A stretch of 64,000 nucleotides of DNA, taken from a virus. Location of the stretch: positions 1-64,000 of the IMG/VR virus record IMGVR_UViG_3300007770_000007, one strand, 5' to 3'. Of this stretch, positions 59,657-64,000 are shown one piece after another. Under the pieces are notes generated by a model. The model was not told the DNA's origin, searched no databases, and saw only the letters and a list, made by a program, of their open reading frames with translations. A program made the position numbers and the translations under genes. Numbering within the stretch: position 1 is the first letter of the stretch; the number at the start of each line of letters is the position of its first letter.

Positions 59657-60886
59657 TTGTTTGTCAATCTCACAGAAGGAATCAGACGCAGGCTTCTCCA
59701 GGAGTTGCGTGAGTTCTGGTCCTACAATGCCAAGTACAGAGACTCCCTGGTTCCCAACATCCAGGGGAAGTTCTCTTTCAAGGAAAGGCCACAGCAAGCA
59801 ATCATCCTCAAGAATGCGTCGGCCAACCCGATGCAGCTTTCGGCTGACAACTACCAAGGCACGGTAGTCTCCTATTGCCATCTGACAGGGGTTTTCGACC
59901 AACCCGGATTGGCTATCGAGTGGGTTCGTGAAGACGGCAGGGCCATCCGGGATAACGACGGGGTGTTTCCCTCTCCCCCCGGCATTTACTTCATCGAGAT
60001 CCGAAAAGAAGAGGCCACTTTCCGTGGGGTGGTTGGCGAACATTTCGTGTTCTATGTAGACCCTCTCCTGGAAGTCTACGATGAAACACCCTCACCATTA
60101 GGCCCTCGGTTGTATGAGGTGTCGTCCCAAGCCTTCCATGCTGGCTCCCTGCGCGTGTTTGAGATGCCGGGAAGCCTTCCCCTGTATGAAGGCATCAACT
60201 ACACCGCAGACGCAGCCACAGGCCAAATCACGCTCGCGGCTCCCTTGCGGAGAGGAACCTACCTCTCTGTGGATTATCGGTACGCGGGGACCACCGCAGG
60301 ACCGTTTATCGCCCCCAGCAACATGTCAGACAATCAAGCGATTCCTGGAGTGGTGTTGGCGTTTGGCCGTAGCATCCAGGAGAACGACATTATGGCTGTG
60401 GTTGTCTCCTCACAGCGGGAAGATGCTGCCCTTGAGTATGGCGGCAGGTGGGAGATGAACCTTGATTTGGACATCATGGCAAGGGATGTCCACTCCCAAG
60501 CTGAAATCACTGACCGCACGGTGATGTATTTGCACGGCATCCTTCGTAACCGCCTGTCTTCTGAAGGCATTGAAATCCAGACTGTCTCGATGGGCGGGGA
60601 AGCGGAGGAGGTCTACGATGAAACAGGTGATGACTATTTCTATACGGCAAGCGTATCAGTGTCCCTGCTGACTGATTGGGCAATCCACGTTCCATTGGAC
60701 CGTGCCCTGAGTAGGGTGATTCAGACCAGCGTGGATAACGCTCAAGCCATGTCCGGGGTTTCCGACGACGACCTTGCTGAAGCAGGTTCGCCCAATGATT
60801 TGAAGTTGGTGCAGGACCTTCAGTTGGTGTCGTTGAGGGATCCCTGGTTCAAGGACCGGACGCGGGACTACGCTCTGATTCGGTAG
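59657..60886 (+). CDS. Putative tail-completion/structural protein
   Basis: GGAGG RBS; internal EGINYTAD..TGQITL..PL..G..LSVDYRY module typical of virion proteins. Confidence 0.6.
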   Translation: MFVNLTEGIRRRLLQELREFWSYNAKYRDSLVPNIQGKFSFKERPQQAIILKNASANPMQLSADNYQGTVVSYCHLTGVFDQPGLAIEWVREDGRAIRDNDGVFPSPPGIYFIEIRKEEATFRGVVGEHFVFYVDPLLEVYDETPSPLGPRLYEVSSQAFHAGSLRVFEMPGSLPLYEGINYTADAATGQITLAAPLRRGTYLSVDYRYAGTTAGPFIAPSNMSDNQAIPGVVLAFGRSIQENDIMAVVVSSQREDAALEYGGRWEMNLDLDIMARDVHSQAEITDRTVMYLHGILRNRLSSEGIEIQTVSMGGEAEEVYDETGDDYFYTASVSVSLLTDWAIHVPLDRALSRVIQTSVDNAQAMSGVSDDDLAEAGSPNDLKLVQDLQLVSLRDPWFKDRTRDYALIR

Positions 60887-60923
60887 GTTCGCCTGCCACC
60901 AACTAAAAAGATCGGGAGAAACG

Positions 60924-61739
60924 ATGCCGTCTACTATTCGTAAAGGGGACAAGGGGAGTGACGTGAAGTTGTGTCAGCAACTTCTTACGGAACATGGATA
61001 CGCCACAGGGGCCGATGGAATCTTTGGTTCCGGCACCGAGGCCAAGGTGATGCAGTTCCAGCGCGACAAGGGCTTGGGGGCTGACGGGATCGTTGGCAAG
61101 AACACCTGGAAAGCTCTTCAGGCAGATGTTGAAGCAGAAGCCAAGAAGGATCCTCCGGGACCGCTGCCTCCTGTGCTCGTACACCTCAAATCACTGGGCC
61201 ACGAAATCATGTGGGAGGGGGACTTCCACTTGAACCTGTTCGGTATTCGTTCGCCCAACCCCAAGAGCAACTCCTTCGATGATGCGATGGGGGTTGCGTA
61301 CACCGAAAAGGGCCTTTGGAAAGTCCATTATTGGCCTGCGACTTGCGACCCAGGCACTTATTGGTTGGAGAACCCGAGCAACGTCAGGGGGACGGCCATT
61401 CTTGTTCCAGGCCAGTACCACGCCTGGAAGATTGACTTGCACAATGGGAAGTACGAGGCGCTCTGTCAGCGAGCCGCGAAGGTCAAGGTGTACCGTGATT
61501 CAAACAAGGACGACATCCTGGATCACGACGTGGACTCTGAAGCGACAGGCTACTTCGGGATAAACCTGCATAGATCCTCGACTTCCGGCGAATCGACCCA
61601 GGTAAATAAGTGGAGCGCCGGGTGCCAAGTTCATGCCCGCCTGGATGGATTCAACGAGATGATGTCTTTGGCCCACAAGCAGCGAGACTTGCTGGGGATC
61701 GACGTGTTCAGCTACACCTTGATGGATCAGTGGTGGTAG
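60924..61739 (+). CDS. Endolysin candidate: PG_binding_1 domain plus Cys-type catalytic domain
   Basis: GDKGSDVKLCQQLL...DGIFG..TE..V..FQ...GL.ADGIVG..TW; GINLH...WSAGCQV. Confidence 0.8.
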   Translation: MPSTIRKGDKGSDVKLCQQLLTEHGYATGADGIFGSGTEAKVMQFQRDKGLGADGIVGKNTWKALQADVEAEAKKDPPGPLPPVLVHLKSLGHEIMWEGDFHLNLFGIRSPNPKSNSFDDAMGVAYTEKGLWKVHYWPATCDPGTYWLENPSNVRGTAILVPGQYHAWKIDLHNGKYEALCQRAAKVKVYRDSNKDDILDHDVDSEATGYFGINLHRSSTSGESTQVNKWSAGCQVHARLDGFNEMMSLAHKQRDLLGIDVFSYTLMDQWW

Positions 61740-61773
61740 CCCTGCTTGGAGGCTTCGTGGGTAGGGTTTATCC

Positions 61774-62013
61774 ATGAAGCCTCCATCCAAAAAAGGTCAT
61801 TGGGACAAAGACGACCTCGTTCGGGTACGGGTGAACCTTCCTCGTCGTGAGTATGAGGAGTTGGAAGCCTTGGCTCGGGAAGAGGGCATCACCGTCACCG
61901 ACGCTATTCGACGCGCCATCAAGATGGACGTGTACCTCACCCACAAGACGCACGAAGGCTGCACGCTTCTGTTCGAGGATCGCAAGGGCCAGATGTACCG
62001 TGTGAAGCGGTAG
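61774..62013 (+). CDS. Ribbon-helix-helix (CopG-like) DNA-binding protein
   Basis: RVRVNLP..EYEELEALAREEGITVTDAIRRAI. Confidence 0.8.
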   Translation: MKPPSKKGHWDKDDLVRVRVNLPRREYEELEALAREEGITVTDAIRRAIKMDVYLTHKTHEGCTLLFEDRKGQMYRVKR

Positions 62014-62021
62014 GTCGGCTT

Positions 62022-62363
62022 GTGTCTGATGTTCCCGAAACCCCTGCGGAGATACCTTCCCCTCAAGAGGAGCCGTATGCGGGGGCTGAAGTGGACCTCA
62101 CCAGGGAAGGGCCGCAGTTAGAGTTTGCCGCACTCCAGGCTGACACCTATGACCCCAACCCCAAGAGGGAACAGGTACGGGGGACGATTGCGTGGTTCCT
62201 GTTGGGAATCCTGGCCTTCACCATCTTGTTCGCGTTCATGGCTGTTGCCCGTCAATGGACTGACTACGACAACATCAAGGACATGCTTGGCATCCTCCTG
62301 CCGCCCATCACGGGGTTGGTGGGTTCCGCTATCGGCTTCTACTTTGGCAGGGGCACCGACTAA
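62022..62363 (+). CDS. Two-TM membrane protein
   Basis: Two hydrophobic helices; GLVGSAIGFYFG. Confidence 0.7.
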   Translation: MSDVPETPAEIPSPQEEPYAGAEVDLTREGPQLEFAALQADTYDPNPKREQVRGTIAWFLLGILAFTILFAFMAVARQWTDYDNIKDMLGILLPPITGLVGSAIGFYFGRGTD

Positions 62364-64000
62364 TCAGGACGGCCTCCCAGCAGTTCCCAGATGTCATCCA
62401 CCCCCACCACCTTCACACCGTACTGGCGTGCCTTCTGGGCCTTGCCAGAGGTGCTGTTGGGGTCCTTGCAGACAAGGAAGGCCAAGGACTTGCTGACACT
62501 GCTCTTCACGGACCCTCCCTGCTCCTCGATGGCTGCGGTGAGGCTTGGGTCACGGAAGCCTGTCATACAGACGCTCTTGCCTGTCAGAGCACCTGCGGCT
62601 TGCTTCTTGATGGTGACACCTGCCTTGAACAACTTCTCGATGAGAGGGGCCTTCTCACGGATGCCGACGTGGAACGCTGTTGCCTTGGTGTCCCCCATTC
62701 CGGGGATGCGGGCAAGAGCGTGTTCCGTGGCATGGAACATCATGTTGATGTTGTCCAGCCCCGCATCCACCAGCTTCTTCACCATTGACCGCCCCATAAG
62801 GTCGATCCCGAGGCTTCCTACGAAGACGTGGAGCGGCATGTCCTTCTTTGCATGGAGGTCATCGAGGAAGGGGCGTGCGTTCCCGCCGATACGTCGCCCG
62901 TCGATCTCCATCAGGGCTACATCAGCGAACCCCAGCGTGTAGAGGTCAGCAGGGTCCTTGATGACTCCTTGGTCGCACAGCCCTTCGATGGTGGTGTCTC
63001 CCCATCCGAGGACGCCTACCTTCTTTACCCATCGCTTCACGGCTCCTGCGGTCTGTGCAGCACAGCCGCCCTTGTTGGGGCACACAAGGTACTCTCCCAC
63101 TGTGGCTGCTCCGCACCCACACACGGGGCAGGCAGTGGGCACGTCGAAGCACACCACCGAAGGGGGAGCAGCCTTTACCAGAGCTTCTACATACGGGATC
63201 ACGTCATTCCGACGAGACACAAGGATGCGGTCGCCCATCGCCAAGGTTCGCGGGGCTGCGGTAGTCCCAAGGCGCTTGATATTGGCCACGTTGTGAAGGC
63301 TTGCCTGCTTTACCTGCGCCCCTGCGAGACTCACGGGGTCAAACTCTGCGACGGGAGTGATCCGGCCAGTGTTCCCCACCTGCCAACGGATGTTGTTCAG
63401 GGTGGTTTCCTGTGCCTCGTGGGGGAACTTGTAGGCGATGGAGCCTGCGGGCCTGTGGTTCTTCTCGCCCAGGCTCTCCCATTCATGCTTGTCGTTCATG
63501 ATGAGGACGAGACCATCAATCTCATAATCCACCGAAGCACGGCTGGGGATGAGGTTCCCCGCTACTTGGGTCTGGAAACCAGTTGGGCTGATGTACTGCT
63601 GGTAGTAGTTCTCGATGTCATCGGCCCGGATACCGACATTCTGCCAGTGGGGAGTCTCGAATCCGAGGGTCTTCAGTTCATCGAGTTCTTGGTCCTTGCG
63701 CTCGAAGGCAGCGTACCCTTGCTGGCACCAACCGTTGTCAGGGAAGCAGTCAAAGGCGATGATGGTCAGATGCTTGCACTTGCTGGGGTCAGACTGCCTC
63801 TTGGCGGTCCCTGAAGCAGTGTTCCGAGGGTTGGATTCTCCGGGGAAGTGGGCTGCGAAGTCCGACTTCTTGCAGATAATCTCTCCACGCACGAACCCGC
63901 TCCAATCACTGGTGAGCGTGTTGGGGACCTTCATCAACTTGACGTTGCGGGTGATGTCTTCCCCGATGAGGCCATCCCCGCGAGTCACAGCTTGCTTCAG
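62360..64000 (-). CDS. ligA: NAD-dependent DNA ligase (5' end beyond window)
   Basis: TRGDG..GEDIT, RGE, NPRN..SG, IDGLV, AYKF, VG.TGRITPVA, C4 zinc finger, HhH repeats, BRCT. Confidence 0.95.
   Translation of the reverse strand: MKQAVTRGDGLIGEDITRNVKLMKVPNTLTSDWSGFVRGEIICKKSDFAAHFPGESNPRNTASGTAKRQSDPSKCKHLTIIAFDCFPDNGWCQQGYAAFERKDQELDELKTLGFETPHWQNVGIRADDIENYYQQYISPTGFQTQVAGNLIPSRASVDYEIDGLVLIMNDKHEWESLGEKNHRPAGSIAYKFPHEAQETTLNNIRWQVGNTGRITPVAEFDPVSLAGAQVKQASLHNVANIKRLGTTAAPRTLAMGDRILVSRRNDVIPYVEALVKAAPPSVVCFDVPTACPVCGCGAATVGEYLVCPNKGGCAAQTAGAVKRWVKKVGVLGWGDTTIEGLCDQGVIKDPADLYTLGFADVALMEIDGRRIGGNARPFLDDLHAKKDMPLHVFVGSLGIDLMGRSMVKKLVDAGLDNINMMFHATEHALARIPGMGDTKATAFHVGIREKAPLIEKLFKAGVTIKKQAAGALTGKSVCMTGFRDPSLTAAIEEQGGSVKSSVSKSLAFLVCKDPNSTSGKAQKARQYGVKVVGVDDIWELLGGRPD

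Noticed and set aside
61774-62363. Toxin-antitoxin pair (RHH plus membrane protein)
   Set aside because: The downstream protein has no recognisable toxin motif, so adjacency alone is insufficient
1-64000. Stop-codon reassignment or tRNA genes, as in some large phages
   Set aside because: Genes are full length and tightly coupled under the standard code with TAG, TGA and TAA all used as stops; no cloverleaf with T-loop GTTCGA context was found in the intergenic gaps

Overview
The window is a gene-dense, GC-rich segment of a large tailed dsDNA bacteriophage using the standard genetic code. I saw no tRNA, rRNA, CRISPR array or integrase. All family calls come from motif recognition by eye, not database searches. 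Bases 1-16.1 kb are a replication/recombination operon: RecD2-like helicase, gp32-like SSB, RuvC-like resolvase, RecA, an SbcC/Rad50 split into two distant genes, SbcD, a DUF2589 pair, a PD-(D/E)XK nuclease, beta clamp, a TOPRIM-only primase, DnaX, NusG and a sigma-region-4-like regulator. Bases 16.1-61.7 kb are late/virion genes: head-associated proteins, prohead protease, scaffold, decoration, major capsid, fibres, neck proteins, an actin-like ATPase, holin-like proteins and an endolysin. An NAD-dependent ligase runs off the right end. The most notable signal is an apparent head-cargo system. Many late proteins are strings of unrelated modules joined at (K/R)-x-A|(S/A/G/T/D/E) motifs, which resemble assemblin-type protease sites, and several carry a recurring (S/D)PxRVAxRY-like or LIRLA...R..LL tag. 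The extreme case is a 1713-aa polyprotein containing a CCA/poly(A)-type nucleotidyltransferase, a PAP2 phosphatase and a type IB topoisomerase. Two promoter-like motifs can be read directly from the DNA: GGGGGT-N17-GGGTA before early genes and CGGTA-N7-(T/G)AT before 14 late transcription units. There is also a candidate structured ncRNA behind the capsid gene.
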